46,995 nucleotides of DNA from Gemmatimonadales bacterium (GCA_041613315.1 JBFJHJ010000026.1:1-46995); one strand, 5' to 3'. Numbered from the stretch's first letter, positions 19,070 through 28,650 are shown. Notes: a model not told the origin generated them from the letters alone. Translations and numbers: made by a program.

Positions 19070-19812
19070 CGACGCCGCACCATGCGCTCCGCGAGCGGCG
19101 GATGCACCCGCGTCACCAGCGCGAGCATGCGGGTGAGCCCCAGCCGGATCTCCCAGCGGTCCGTCGCCATGCCCCGGAGCGCCGCGTCGGCCACCGCCTC
19201 CGGCGACAGCTTTCGTCCGCCGCGTCCCCGCGTCATCTCCGTGTCCACCAGGGGCGGGAGCACCTCGAACACCCGCACCGACGGCGCCCGGGTCTCGAGC
19301 TGATAGCGGAGCGCCTTGGTGAACGAGCGCACCGCCGCCTTGGTGGCGCAGTAGACGGGCGCGCTCTGTTTGGGCGCGAGGGCGAGGGCCGACGAGACGT
19401 TGACGACCGCCGCCTCGGCCTCCCGAGCGAGGAGCGGCATCGCGAGCGCCGTGAGCTTGACCAGCGCGGTCAGGTTCACCGCGATCTCCTGATCCACGTG
19501 CGGGAGGATCGTGTCGGGATTGTCGACCGCGTAGTCGTCGTTGAACTGGACGCCCGCGTTGTTCACGAGGATGGAGATCCCGCCCAGGCGCTCCACCGCC
19601 GCCGCGACGAGCCGCCGCACGTCGTCCTCGCGCGTCACGTCGCAGGTCTCGGTCAACAGGCCGGGCACCTCCCGCGCCGCCTGCGCGAGCCGTTCGGGCC
19701 GGCGGGCGGCCGCCAACACCCCGTTGCCGCGGGCGCGGAACGCGCGCGCGAGCGCGAGCCCGATCCCCGAGCTGCCACCCGTGACCAGGACCGTATGACC
19801 GGTGAGACGCAT
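19066..19812 (-). CDS. Short-chain dehydrogenase/reductase (DltE-like)
   Basis: TGGSSGIG, NNAG, NVSS, YCATK, PPLVDT. Confidence 0.93.
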   Translation of the reverse strand: MRLTGHTVLVTGGSSGIGLALARAFRARGNGVLAAARRPERLAQAAREVPGLLTETCDVTREDDVRRLVAAAVERLGGISILVNNAGVQFNDDYAVDNPDTILPHVDQEIAVNLTALVKLTALAMPLLAREAEAAVVNVSSALALAPKQSAPVYCATKAAVRSFTKALRYQLETRAPSVRVFEVLPPLVDTEMTRGRGGRKLSPEAVADAALRGMATDRWEIRLGLTRMLALVTRVHPPLAERMVRRR

Positions 19813-19946
19813 GGGTGCCTCGTGGGCGGAGGGATCGGAGAGGCGGCGGCACGTCCCGCCGCCTCTCATAACCTAGCAAACCGCCGGAGCGGGCGGGGTA
19901 CCTCGGGGGGTGCTGGCGGCGTGCGAGCGAGCCCCGCGAGACGGGG

Positions 19947-20831
19947 CTAACGCTCGGTGATCGCGCTCAGGGCCGACGGGAAGGCGAGGGCGCCGGCGGC
20001 GGCCTCGTTGATCAGGTAGGCGAGGCGCACGCCGCCCTGCACGAGCCGCTGGCGAATGATCGGCGCCGCCAGCCGGTAGTAGGGATCGCCGATCGCGTTC
20101 CCCGCGGGCAAGGCGTAGACCAGCTCCTCGCAGATCCGGTACGACTCGTTGGTCCAGGCGATCACGTCAAAGCCCTCCCACGCCGACGCCTCCTCCGGCG
20201 CGACCGCGGCGGCGAGGCGCCGCGCGTCACCGGGCCAGGTGAGCCCCGTGCGCTCCAGGAGCTTGGAATCCCACGTCCAATGGAGACTGAGCGGCCGCCC
20301 CCCGTCTTCCCCGATGCCGAAAAATTGCACCAGGACGTCGTTGCCGCCCCGATCGCCGGGCCGGCCGGCGTGGAGCGGCTGGTGCAGATCCCCCACGAAA
20401 TGGCCGAGGAACTTGAGCGCCTCGGTGCGGGGGAGCGCTCCGGCCGCGGGGTCGGCGAGGACGAAGGCGTAGCGCGCGATCGCCCACGTGACGCAACGCC
20501 GCTCCGGGTCAGCGCAGTCGCGTGCGAGATCGAGCCCCGCGGACCCAGCCGGGATGTTCACGTAGTGGTACGTCGTGGTGTAGCGGTGGGTCGTGCCGCG
20601 CACGTCGTCCGCCCAGTTGCACGCGTCGGCGAAGGCGGTGTCGGCGCCCGCGCCCAGGAGGCGGCGCACCAGCGCCCGTCCCCGGTCGTTCAGCCGCTGC
20701 CACGCGATCTCGCACACGATGCGGTGCCCTTCGGGTCCCCAGACCGCGACGGGCGTCGGCACGGCCGGCACGGCGCCGGCCGTGAGCGCGGCGAAGGCGA
20801 TGATGAGGATGGGAGAGGGCATGCGGTCCAT
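19947..20831 (-). CDS. S1/P1 nuclease (secreted)
   Basis: Signal peptide, then WGPEGH, WAD, HFVGDLHQPLH, DRGGN, LHWTWD, GGVRLA. Confidence 0.93.
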   Translation of the reverse strand: MDRMPSPILIIAFAALTAGAVPAVPTPVAVWGPEGHRIVCEIAWQRLNDRGRALVRRLLGAGADTAFADACNWADDVRGTTHRYTTTYHYVNIPAGSAGLDLARDCADPERRCVTWAIARYAFVLADPAAGALPRTEALKFLGHFVGDLHQPLHAGRPGDRGGNDVLVQFFGIGEDGGRPLSLHWTWDSKLLERTGLTWPGDARRLAAAVAPEEASAWEGFDVIAWTNESYRICEELVYALPAGNAIGDPYYRLAAPIIRQRLVQGGVRLAYLINEAAAGALAFPSALSAITER

Positions 20832-21175
20832 CCTACCGCGGGGCGTCCGGTTGGTTCCCCCCGTCGGCGATCGTCACCCGTGCGGCGGCTTCGCGTCGAA
20901 CCGTCTTGTCGCGCGGGGCATGGATGAACGACCGCGCCCCCCTGGCGCCGCGTGGCGCCGACCACGACAATGGTCTCGCCGGACGCGTCCCTCGCGATGT
21001 CTCCCCTCGCGAGCTGGGCGGGGTGCGGTGGCCGCCGCTGCGCCCGTCAGCCGATAGAGAGACGCGCCGTGATCGGGCCCGAGAGATCCGAGCGGGTCCG
21101 GGGTCTTGCCCGATTCTCAACGATGAGAATCGCCTCCTTGCGGATGCCTGTTCCGAGGTATACGTTCGCTCCCGT

Positions 21176-21214
21176 TGTGATCTGGATCACATCGATTGTG
21201 TGATTTATCCCACA
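21176..21214 (+). promoter_or_regulatory. Two tandem CRP/FNR-family boxes
   Basis: TGTGA-tctgga-TCACA (21176-21191, exact TGTGA-N6-TCACA) and TGTGA-tttatc-CCACA (21199-21214), in an AT-richer patch of a divergent intergenic region. Confidence 0.7.
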
Positions 21215-21556
21215 GAGGGGTCCAGATCCGAGCACCGACGCGCCCTAGCCGCTGGGGTCTGACCCGCACCCCCGCGTCGGTCCTGCAAGTGCAGCCGACG
21301 CCCAAGAGGGGGCATCATGACCCGGCAGGTGTGCCATCGCTAGCTCATCGCGGGCGCCCTCGCCCGTCCTGACAAGCGCGTGCAGTCGGACCCCCGGATG
21401 CGCCCGCATCCGGCACGCGCACGCGCGAGCGCCGGCGACCCAGTCGGCTACCGTCGCGCGAGACAGACCCATCGAGCGTGCTCGGCACCCCGTCGCAGCC
21501 AGCAGTTGGCGGGCGGGGCGCCAGCCTTTCCCAACGTCCTTACCGGAAGGTGTATC

Positions 21557-22693
21557 ATGACACGACCCGCTGGAACGATCGCTCTGACCTGTACCTTCGC
21601 CTTCCTCATGGTGGCGTGCGACGGGGGGGTCAAGTCCGTCGGTGACGACACCGTCGGGCCGATGTTTTCGGAGACGTCCGCGGGAGCGGCGTTGACCGAC
21701 TTCGCCGCGGGGGCACCGGAGGGGGCGGACGCGCCGGCTCCCACGCAGCCCACGGCCACTCCGACGTCCAACGGTTCTCTCAGGTTCTTCACCGACCGGG
21801 GGGCGTTCCGGGTGGAGGCGCCCGACTTGCCGCTGGAGGATTTCGAGGAGGGCAATGTCGGAGCGGGTGGTGCCGTCGGCTGCCCGTCGCCCCTCGATGA
21901 GACCAGCAACAACTTCTGCTTCGCGCCGGGCGACATCGTACCGGGCGTCCGATTCAGCACGCCGCAGTTCGCCTCGATCGCGCTGCTGGGTACAGGCTTC
22001 GGCGGCGCGCCATCGAAGAACGTGGTCGCCAATTTCTTCGTCGACAACTGGGTCATCGACTTCACGGCAGGCAACGTGACCGGTGCAGGCATGGACCTCG
22101 TCGCGGTCTTCGCCGCGGATGTGTGTGAGATCGAGATCTTCGGTGCCAGTGGTCTCCTGGGGTCGACGGCGGCGCCGTGCACCAATGCGGGGACCTTCTG
22201 GGGCGTCGTTTCGGACGACGAGGTTATCACTCAGATCACGATCACATCACCCAACAACCAACCCGGTCTCCCCTTTCCGTCAGCGGAGGGTGTGGACAAC
22301 ATCGAGTTCGGCGAGGCGTTCATCCCGGTCGTGATCGACATCAAGCCGGGGAGCGACCCCAACTCGATCAATCCCACGAACCTCGGCGTGATCCCGGTCG
22401 CGATCTTGACGACCAGCGCCGCGGCCGGCGACGCGCGCGACTTCGACGCCGCCGACGTGGACGCGAGCACCGTGGCGTTCGGTCCCGGCGGCGCGGCGGA
22501 GGCGCACGGGATGGGGCACATGAAGGACGTGGACGGGGACGGCGACATGGACATGGTGCTGCACTTCCGGACCCAGCAGACGGGGATCGCCTGTGGCGAT
22601 ACGGAAGCGACGTTGACCGGCCGGACGCTCGCAGGCCGGCGGATCAAAGGCACCGACGCCGTGAACACCGTGGGGTGCAAGAACACGCTGTAG
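21557..22693 (+). CDS. Extracellular lipoprotein with beta-sandwich domain and C-terminal IDIKPG/DxDxDG domain
   Basis: GAAGG RBS, lipobox LMVAC; C-terminal VIDIKPGSDPNSIN...DVDGDGDMDMVLHF (Ca-binding-like loop). Confidence 0.75.
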   Translation: MTRPAGTIALTCTFAFLMVACDGGVKSVGDDTVGPMFSETSAGAALTDFAAGAPEGADAPAPTQPTATPTSNGSLRFFTDRGAFRVEAPDLPLEDFEEGNVGAGGAVGCPSPLDETSNNFCFAPGDIVPGVRFSTPQFASIALLGTGFGGAPSKNVVANFFVDNWVIDFTAGNVTGAGMDLVAVFAADVCEIEIFGASGLLGSTAAPCTNAGTFWGVVSDDEVITQITITSPNNQPGLPFPSAEGVDNIEFGEAFIPVVIDIKPGSDPNSINPTNLGVIPVAILTTSAAAGDARDFDAADVDASTVAFGPGGAAEAHGMGHMKDVDGDGDMDMVLHFRTQQTGIACGDTEATLTGRTLAGRRIKGTDAVNTVGCKNTL

Positions 22694-22704
22694 CGAGCAA
22701 CGGC

Positions 22705-22737
22705 ACGGGGGGCGGCACCGCGGGTGCTGCCCCCCGT
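22705..22737 (+). other. Strong intergenic hairpin (attenuator or mRNA stabiliser)
   Basis: ACGGGGGGCGGCACC-gcg-GGTGCTGCCCCCCGT, 15-bp stem with one G-U pair; no U tract. Confidence 0.55.
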
Positions 22738-22759
22738 CACTTGAAACAGGAGGCGATGC

Positions 22760-24186
22760 ATGACACGCGTGCAGGGTTTCACATCCAGGATATTCCTCGC
22801 GGGGGCGTTTGCGCTGCTCACGGTGGCGTGCGCCGATCGCGAGCCCGTCGGGCTCGACGGGTTCGGTCCCTCATCGCCCTGACGGGGGCGACGCCCACCA
22901 AGGCCACGTCGCAGCACGTTGTGCTGCTCCGCTCCGGCATCCCGGGCGACTTCGCGTCGCGGGTCGAGCGGTTGGGCGGCACGCTGCTCCGGACGATGCC
23001 CGAGATCGGGGTGGCGGTCACCAACGGTCTCACCGACGAGGCCGCGTCCAAGCTGGCCAAGTACAACGACGTCGCGGGACTGGACCGGGACCTCGAGGTC
23101 CAGTGGATCCCGCCCCTCGAGAGCTTCGCGGTCGAGGCGACCGACGATCCGGGCGGGGAGTCCGACCAGAGCGGCGCCAGCGCGTTCGCCGCGTGGCAGT
23201 GGAACCTGCGGCAGATCGCCGCGGACCAGGCCTGGCTCAGCACCAATCAGGGCCAGGGCGCGCGCGTCGCGATCCTCGATACCGGGATCGACCCGCTCCA
23301 TACCGACCTCGCGGGCAAGGTGGACGTCGCCGCCAGTGCCAGCATGTTGAGCTTCTCGCCGTGTGACGGCCTCTTCGGCATCCCGGACCAGAACACGATC
23401 TACGATTTCCGCTTTCACGGCGCCTTCGTCGCCGGGGTCGTGACGTCGAACGGTGTGCGGATCGCCTCGGTCGCGCCGGACGCCACGCTCATCGGCGTCA
23501 AGGTATTGAGTTGCCTCGGCAGTGGGTCGTTCGGGGACGTCATCGCTGGCATCGTGCATGCCACGAGCGTCGGCGCCGACGTGATCAACATGAGCCTGGG
23601 CGCCTATTTCCCGAAGAATCTGCCGGGCGCCGGCCAGCTCGTGGCGGCGCTCAACCGAGCGACGAACTTCGCGAACCGCAACGGCGTGCTCGTGGTGGCG
23701 TCGGCCGGCAACGGCGCGACGGATCTCGACAAGGACAAGAACTTCACCCACGTCCCGTCGCAGTCCGCGAACGTGCTGAGCGTCGGGGCGACCGGCCCGT
23801 TCCAGCAGATGAACTTCGACCAGCTGGCGACGTATACAAACTTCGGCGTGTCGGGCGTGGACGTGATGGCGCCGGGCGGGAACTTCCAGTCCGGTGGCGT
23901 CATCCAGGACGGCATCCGCTCCGTGTGCTCGAGCTTCAGCATCTTCTTCGGCGGGGCGTGCCAGACGGCGACGCGCAACGTCAATCTGATCGGCGGCAAC
24001 GGCACGAGCTTCTCGGCGCCCCACGTGGCGGGGACGGCGGCCGTGGTCAAGTCGCAGTTCCCGAGCAAGGGTCCCTCGCAGCTCGAGCACTGCGTCTTCA
24101 AGGGCGCCGATGACCTCGGCAAGCCCGGCACTGACGATCAGTACAGCAAGGGCCGGATCAACGTGGTGGGCGCGGCGGCCTGCTGA
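22760..24186 (+). CDS. S8 subtilisin-like serine protease (lipoprotein), with an apparent 1-nt frameshift near 22865-22880
   Basis: Triad VAILDTGID / FHGAFVAG / GTSFSAPHVAG, oxyanion SAGN, I9-like propeptide. The signal peptide with lipobox LTVAC lies in a different frame (ATG 22760 to TGA 22882). Confidence 0.85.
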
Positions 24187-24380
24187 GGGAGCCGTGCGGC
24201 GCCGGCTGAGTGCGCCTGCCCGGGTGTCGGGTGGGGGGCGTTGCGCTCACCCCCCACCCTCCCCACGGCGGCCCGCCTCTCCTTCGCGACCCTCGCCGGT
24301 TGGGTCAAGAGGCGGGCCGGACGCACGCACCATGCGACCCTTGGAGCGGATTTCACAACACCTACCACATGGAGGTTCTG

Positions 24381-24776
24381 ATGCGTGTCAAGACCCTCGC
24401 CGCCGTGGCGGCATCACTCGCCCTCTTCGCCTGTGCCGGCGCCGACGTCGGCCCGACCGACGCACCGTTGTTCGATGTGGCGAGCGCGGACGACGTTCTG
24501 GGCGCGCTCGAGACCGGCGAACACAACTCGGCCGGCGTGGCTCGCGGGTTCTTGTGCGGGACGGGTCCTGGCGGACTGACGACGGAGAGTCACGAGACCA
24601 TTTCCAACAGCGGCAACCAGACCCTCACGTGCCACGGGTTTACCAACAACCCGCCGCCCGAGGCCGTGATCCTACGGGGATTCGGCTGCAGCTTCTTCTT
24701 CGGTGGGTTCACGTTTGACCGGACGCGGCTGGTGATCTCGCCGTCGGGCGAGGTGACCCTGAAGTGTCAGCGGTAG
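24381..24776 (+). CDS. Small Cys-containing lipoprotein
   Basis: GGAGG RBS, lipobox LFAC, four further Cys residues. Confidence 0.75.
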   Translation: MRVKTLAAVAASLALFACAGADVGPTDAPLFDVASADDVLGALETGEHNSAGVARGFLCGTGPGGLTTESHETISNSGNQTLTCHGFTNNPPPEAVILRGFGCSFFFGGFTFDRTRLVISPSGEVTLKCQR

Positions 24777-24804
24777 TAGCGACTCCACGCTGACGGAACG
24801 ACGG

Positions 24805-24840
24805 ACGGGCGGGGCCCCAGCGGTCCCGCCCGTTTCGTTC
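24805..24840 (+). terminator. Probable intrinsic terminator
   Basis: ACGGGCGGGGCC-ccagc-GGTCCCGCCCGT followed by TTCGTTC, between convergent genes. Confidence 0.65.
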
Positions 24841-24882
24841 AACTCTCTTATCCGAGCGCCGGACCGGCCGGGCCACGGCGCG

Positions 24883-25365
24883 CTACGGCACGGCTGCCGC
24901 CACCTGAACCGCCCGCGTCACCCCCGCGCAATCCTCGTAGGAATTACAGACCCCAAACTCGACTGCCAGCCCCCCAGCGCGTGTGGCGCGCGCGGTGAAC
25001 TCGAGCGTCCGCGTCTCGCCGGGCTCGATCGGATGGTCGAAATACCACACGCGGAGCCTCGGCAGGCGGACCGGCGATTCCCCCGTGGCCTCCGGGCGCA
25101 CCTCGAGGATCTCGAACCCCTCGAAGAACCGGTCGGGGAACTCGACGTTGTCCAGCACGATCGTCTGCTCGTGCGGATTGCTGGCCGTGATCGTGATGAC
25201 GAAGGGCTCGCCCACGACGACCGTGTCCGGGATCGCGGCGTGCACGGCCGGTCGGGGGCCGGTGAACAGTGCACCGAACGCCACGAGGCCGCCGATCACC
25301 AGGAGGATGGTGACGAACGCGCCCAGCGCGAATCCGGCCCAGAAGGCGTGGGTGCTCTTGGCCAT
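24883..25365 (-). CDS. Membrane-anchored Ig-like hypothetical protein
   Basis: N-terminal TM helix, then a beta-sandwich pattern (GEPFVITITASN...IEPGETRTLEF). Confidence 0.7.
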   Translation of the reverse strand: MAKSTHAFWAGFALGAFVTILLVIGGLVAFGALFTGPRPAVHAAIPDTVVVGEPFVITITASNPHEQTIVLDNVEFPDRFFEGFEILEVRPEATGESPVRLPRLRVWYFDHPIEPGETRTLEFTARATRAGGLAVEFGVCNSYEDCAGVTRAVQVAAAVP

Positions 25366-25366
25366 G

Positions 25367-25696
25367 TCACTTGGGCGGCAGCGACCGCACGAACCGGAGC
25401 GCGTCGTCCACCCACCGGCGGAGGCTCGCGCGCCGCGCCGTCCCCTTGGGGCCGACGTAGACGAATCCGGTGAGCGGACGGCCGGTGAGGTCCATCGGCC
25501 GCGCGTGGGCCCGGCGGAGCGCCGCCTCGTACGCCGCCGGCCCGACGCGGGCCACGAGGTCGTCGCCCGTCACCCCGCAGCACATGTGTCCGCCGATCAT
25601 GAACGCGAGGCCGCCGAACATCTGGCGCTCGGCGACGCCGGGCTGCGCCTCCAACGCCTCGCGTACCCGCTGCGCCAGCCGCTGATCATACGACAT
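25367..25696 (-). CDS. TfoX/Sxy N-terminal domain protein
   Basis: MSYDQRLAQRVR, RQMFGGLAFM, LVARVG, RPMD...GFVYV, WVDDALRFV. Confidence 0.88.
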   Translation of the reverse strand: MSYDQRLAQRVREALEAQPGVAERQMFGGLAFMIGGHMCCGVTGDDLVARVGPAAYEAALRRAHARPMDLTGRPLTGFVYVGPKGTARRASLRRWVDDALRFVRSLPPK

Positions 25697-25788
25697 CGCG
25701 AAGGGGCGTCGTCGTGAGCCGATGGGGTCCGAGGCTCTGCATCACTGCCAACACCCGGCACGTGCCCGTCGGGGCCGCCGGCTACCGC

Positions 25789-26175
25789 CTACGGTCGTAG
25801 TGGGACGACGAACGACCGGATGCTGTCCGCGATCCACACTCCCTCGGCATCCTGCACGGAGTACCACCAGTAGACGACCGCCCGCTGCGTATCCGGCGTG
25901 TAGCCGCCCAGGTCGGCGTACGGCACGACCGCGACGGCACCGCGCCCGAGTGCCGGACAGCCCGGTCCCGCGCAGGCCAGGAACAGGTGCGAGCCGCCGC
26001 CCGGTTCCTCGGCGAACACCGCATAATGGACGGGTTGGGTACCGACGTTCAGCAGTTGGAGCGCATCGGCTCCCGCCGTCGCCTGCAGCGGGCCATCCGA
26101 CACGGGATCGAGCGTGGCGTCGCACGCGACGCCACCGAGCAGCGCCAGCAGGGGAAGCACCCGAGTCCACCGCAT
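25789..26175 (-). CDS. Hypothetical lipoprotein
   Basis: GAGG RBS, lipobox GVAC. Confidence 0.7.
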   Translation of the reverse strand: MRWTRVLPLLALLGGVACDATLDPVSDGPLQATAGADALQLLNVGTQPVHYAVFAEEPGGGSHLFLACAGPGCPALGRGAVAVVPYADLGGYTPDTQRAVVYWWYSVQDAEGVWIADSIRSFVVPLRP

Positions 26176-26236
26176 AGTGCGGCCTCACGAAGAGTGGATG
26201 CTCCTTGAGACCCCAGGTGCCGTTCGCCGGTTCCCG

Positions 26237-26416
26237 CTACACCGCCTGCTTCGCGGCTTCGGTCGCAAGCGTGGCCGTCGGGGTGAGCCCGAACTGGGCC
26301 CGGAGCGTGCCGAGCTGCCCTATGTGATACGACTCGTGCCACATGTAGAACACCAGGGTGTCGAGCACCCGCTGTTCGCCGTGCGGCGCGTCGGGCCCGC
26401 CGAGCGGACTCGAGAG
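26237..26416 (-). pseudogene. 3' remnant of a DinB-family gene
   Basis: Minus frame reads LSSPLGGPDAPHGEQRVLDTLVFYMWHESYHIGQLGTLRAQFGLTPTATLATEAAKQAV* (HExYHxGQ motif), preceded directly by TAG TAG with no 5' half. Confidence 0.72.
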
Positions 26417-26516
26417 CTACTACTCTCGATGACAGCCCTGCCGGTGGGGCACCCCGGGGCCGGCGGGGGCGAGACACGGCGTCGGGGTCAGCGCGCTCGG
26501 CGGGAGCGGCGCCCCG

Positions 26517-27074
26517 CTAGCCCCCTCCCTCCCCATTGCGCAGGGCGAACAACGAGTCGGCTAGATCCTTCAGCTTGAGCATGAACTCGTGCGAGCCGTA
26601 GCCGGCGAGCAACGCAAACGCGATGTACGGCATCCGACCCAGCAGCGAGGCCCACGCGATGCCCTTGGCGCCCTCGACGTTGAGCGTCATCGCCCCGCCG
26701 AGCAACAGGAAGAAGACGATCAGGCCGCTGATCCCGCCGGCGAGCGGCCTGAGGTAGTAGGACAGGTCGTAGTTCGAATGGTAATCCCCCGCGGCCGAGT
26801 GCTTGCTCAAGCCGCGACAGTTGTAGAGGCACCCGCCCATGATCCCGGCGAAAAACATCACCCCGATGGTCTTGGCGAAGATGCCGCGCAGCGCCCCATC
26901 CGTGAGGCCCTGCGCCTGGTCGGCCTGCAGCGGCGGTAGCGAGTGGAGTAGGACGGCGAACCCCGCGGCGGCGAGCAGCACGACGCCGACGGTGTAGGCC
27001 ACGATCCGCATCATGGTGCGGCCGTTGCCGTGTGCGACGATGGGATTCGTTGGGACTCCGGCGACCGCGTCCAC
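26517..27074 (-). CDS. Four-TM membrane protein of unknown function
   Basis: GGAGG-N4-GTG; AGIMGG, YYLRPLAGG, FALLAGY motifs. Confidence 0.75.
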   Translation of the reverse strand: MDAVAGVPTNPIVAHGNGRTMMRIVAYTVGVVLLAAAGFAVLLHSLPPLQADQAQGLTDGALRGIFAKTIGVMFFAGIMGGCLYNCRGLSKHSAAGDYHSNYDLSYYLRPLAGGISGLIVFFLLLGGAMTLNVEGAKGIAWASLLGRMPYIAFALLAGYGSHEFMLKLKDLADSLFALRNGEGGG

Positions 27075-27262
27075 GCGTCCTCCCGGGTCATGGGCATGCG
27101 CGCCGCGGCATTGCCTGCGGGCGAGTCGGTGCCCGGAGAGCCGGTACCGGCCGCGGCGCGACGATAGCAGGTGAGCAACGCTAGGGGCGGGCGGTCAATC
27201 CGTGATCAACGCGGCGCAGCCGTCCGACAAGGCGAGGCGGCCGCGACGTTTGAGGAGCGTGG

Positions 27263-27580
27263 CTACGGCCGCTGGCGGCGCTCCCGTTCACGCTGGATCT
27301 CCTCCTGCGCGCGCCGCATCCGCTCGCCTTCCAGCCGCCGCTCCTGCTCGCGCTTCTCGGCCCAGATCTCCTCGCGACTCTTCCGCTTGGCGTTGTACAC
27401 CCACATCGCGACGAACAGGCCCAGCTGCGCGGGGAACCAGAGGAGAAATCCCATCGTGCCCAACGTGGCCAGCGACAGCACGATACTCCCGGTCACCCAT
27501 GGCCACGGCGGCACACGCTCGGACGTGGCGATGCGGTGGAACAGGATGGCGAAGCCGGCGGTGGCAGCGAGTCCGAGCAT
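27263..27580 (-). CDS. Small membrane protein with charged coiled-coil tail
   Basis: Hydrophobic N-terminal helices plus an E/R-rich C-terminus. Confidence 0.6.
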   Translation of the reverse strand: MLGLAATAGFAILFHRIATSERVPPWPWVTGSIVLSLATLGTMGFLLWFPAQLGLFVAMWVYNAKRKSREEIWAEKREQERRLEGERMRRAQEEIQRERERRQRP

Positions 27581-27646
27581 GCGACCGACATGGGAACGAC
27601 CGGATCGGCGGCAAGAGGGCGGGGCGGCGTGGACCCCGCCGGCGGC

Positions 27647-28111
27647 CTATCTCCTGACCAGTCGGGGATCGAGCACGAAGGGCTGGGCCTGGCCGATCTC
27701 GACCGTGCCAAAGTCGGGGTGGGTGGGATTGAGTAGATAGTTACCCTCGGCCGGCACGATCGCGCTCGGGACCCGGAGCACCACGGACCGGTTGCCGGAG
27801 GCCCATCGGTCGCCGATCTGCTGGAGCCGGCGGGGCGCGGGCGAGGAGGCCCAGTTCTTGGGGAGATCGCGCCGCGGCACCTCGGTCACGAGGCGCTCCG
27901 GAAAGTGCACCGGGATCACGGCGTACCCCCTGAGCGGTGGGGCGGCCTGGAGGTGCACCAGCACCTCGAGCGCCGCGAGCGAGACCGACTCGGAGCAGTA
28001 CACGACGCGTGTGCCCGGACTGCTCCAGCGCCCCCCGTAGCGCCGCGCGCCTTCCCCGTCGAACGCCTGCGGCACGTAGCGGGACTTCACGAGCCGCCAG
28101 GCGCTCGGCAC
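27647..28111 (-). CDS. RES-domain toxin (NAD+ phosphorylase/ParT-MbcT-like)
   Basis: WRL, FDGEGA..GGRWS, VVYCS.S.SLAALE, VPSAIVP, NYLLNP.HPDF. Confidence 0.92.
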   Translation of the reverse strand: MPSAWRLVKSRYVPQAFDGEGARRYGGRWSSPGTRVVYCSESVSLAALEVLVHLQAAPPLRGYAVIPVHFPERLVTEVPRRDLPKNWASSPAPRRLQQIGDRWASGNRSVVLRVPSAIVPAEGNYLLNPTHPDFGTVEIGQAQPFVLDPRLVRR

Positions 28112-28600
28112 TTAGCTGGGGATGCCGTGCGTGAGCCGCCCGATCAGCTGCTCGACCTCGCGGGCCCCGACCTCGCTCTGGGCGAGGGCGAGGGGCGTGC
28201 GGCCGGCGAGCGCCTGCTGCGGCGTCGCGAGCCAACGCTTGGCGCCCGCGAGGTCGCCCTCGAACAACTCCAGCGCCTCGGCGAAGACCCGCGAGGCCCG
28301 GACGAGCCGGTCCGATTCGTCGGGCAGGAGCCGCTTGCGCGCCTTGCGGCGACTCAGGGTGCGAATGGGGATCTGCACCAGCTCCGCCAGCTGCTGGATC
28401 GAGAGCTGGACGTTCTTGCGGAATCGGTCGAAAGCAGTGTAGGGCAGGCCTTGATGCACCCGCGCCACCAGCGCTTCGGTCCCCGTAGCCCTGAGGCCGA
28501 GGAGCGCCACATAGTAGTGGGGTGCGTGGGGGCCGCCCCGGAGTTCTGCGCGCAGGCGGGCGAGATCCCCCGCCGCCCTACGGGTCGCGGTCTTGGGCAT
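28112..28600 (-). CDS. Xre/MbcA/ParS antitoxin (HTH plus DUF2384)
   Basis: IPIRTLSRRK, ESDRLVR, AKRWLATP..ALAGRTPL, GAREVEQLIGRL.HG; abuts the toxin; AGGAGG RBS. Confidence 0.93.
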   Translation of the reverse strand: MPKTATRRAAGDLARLRAELRGGPHAPHYYVALLGLRATGTEALVARVHQGLPYTAFDRFRKNVQLSIQQLAELVQIPIRTLSRRKARKRLLPDESDRLVRASRVFAEALELFEGDLAGAKRWLATPQQALAGRTPLALAQSEVGAREVEQLIGRLTHGIPS

Positions 28601-28611
28601 CGGTCCTCCTA

Positions 28612-28650
28612 GCCATATGGCAATATGACATATGCCATATGGCAGGTCAA
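28612..28650 (-). promoter_or_regulatory. Sigma70-type promoter of the xre-res operon with twin palindromic operators
   Basis: Minus strand TTGACC-17 nt-CATATT. GCCATATGGC palindromes at 28612-28621 and 28634-28643. Confidence 0.75.

Noticed and set aside
21215..21556. Known riboswitch in the long leader
   Set aside because: Hairpins are present, but I could not match the conserved cores of c-di-GMP, TPP, cobalamin, SAM or glycine riboswitches by eye.
22177..22755. N-terminal 193 aa of the 669-aa ORF-track call
   Set aside because: It overlaps the upstream lipoprotein gene out of frame; the real RBS (AGGAGG) is at 22748-22753.
24883..28600. Run of short same-strand genes plus a TA pair, resembling an integron cassette array
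   Set aside because: No RYYYAAC...GTTRRRY attC boundaries were seen at the gene ends I inspected, and there is no integrase in the window.
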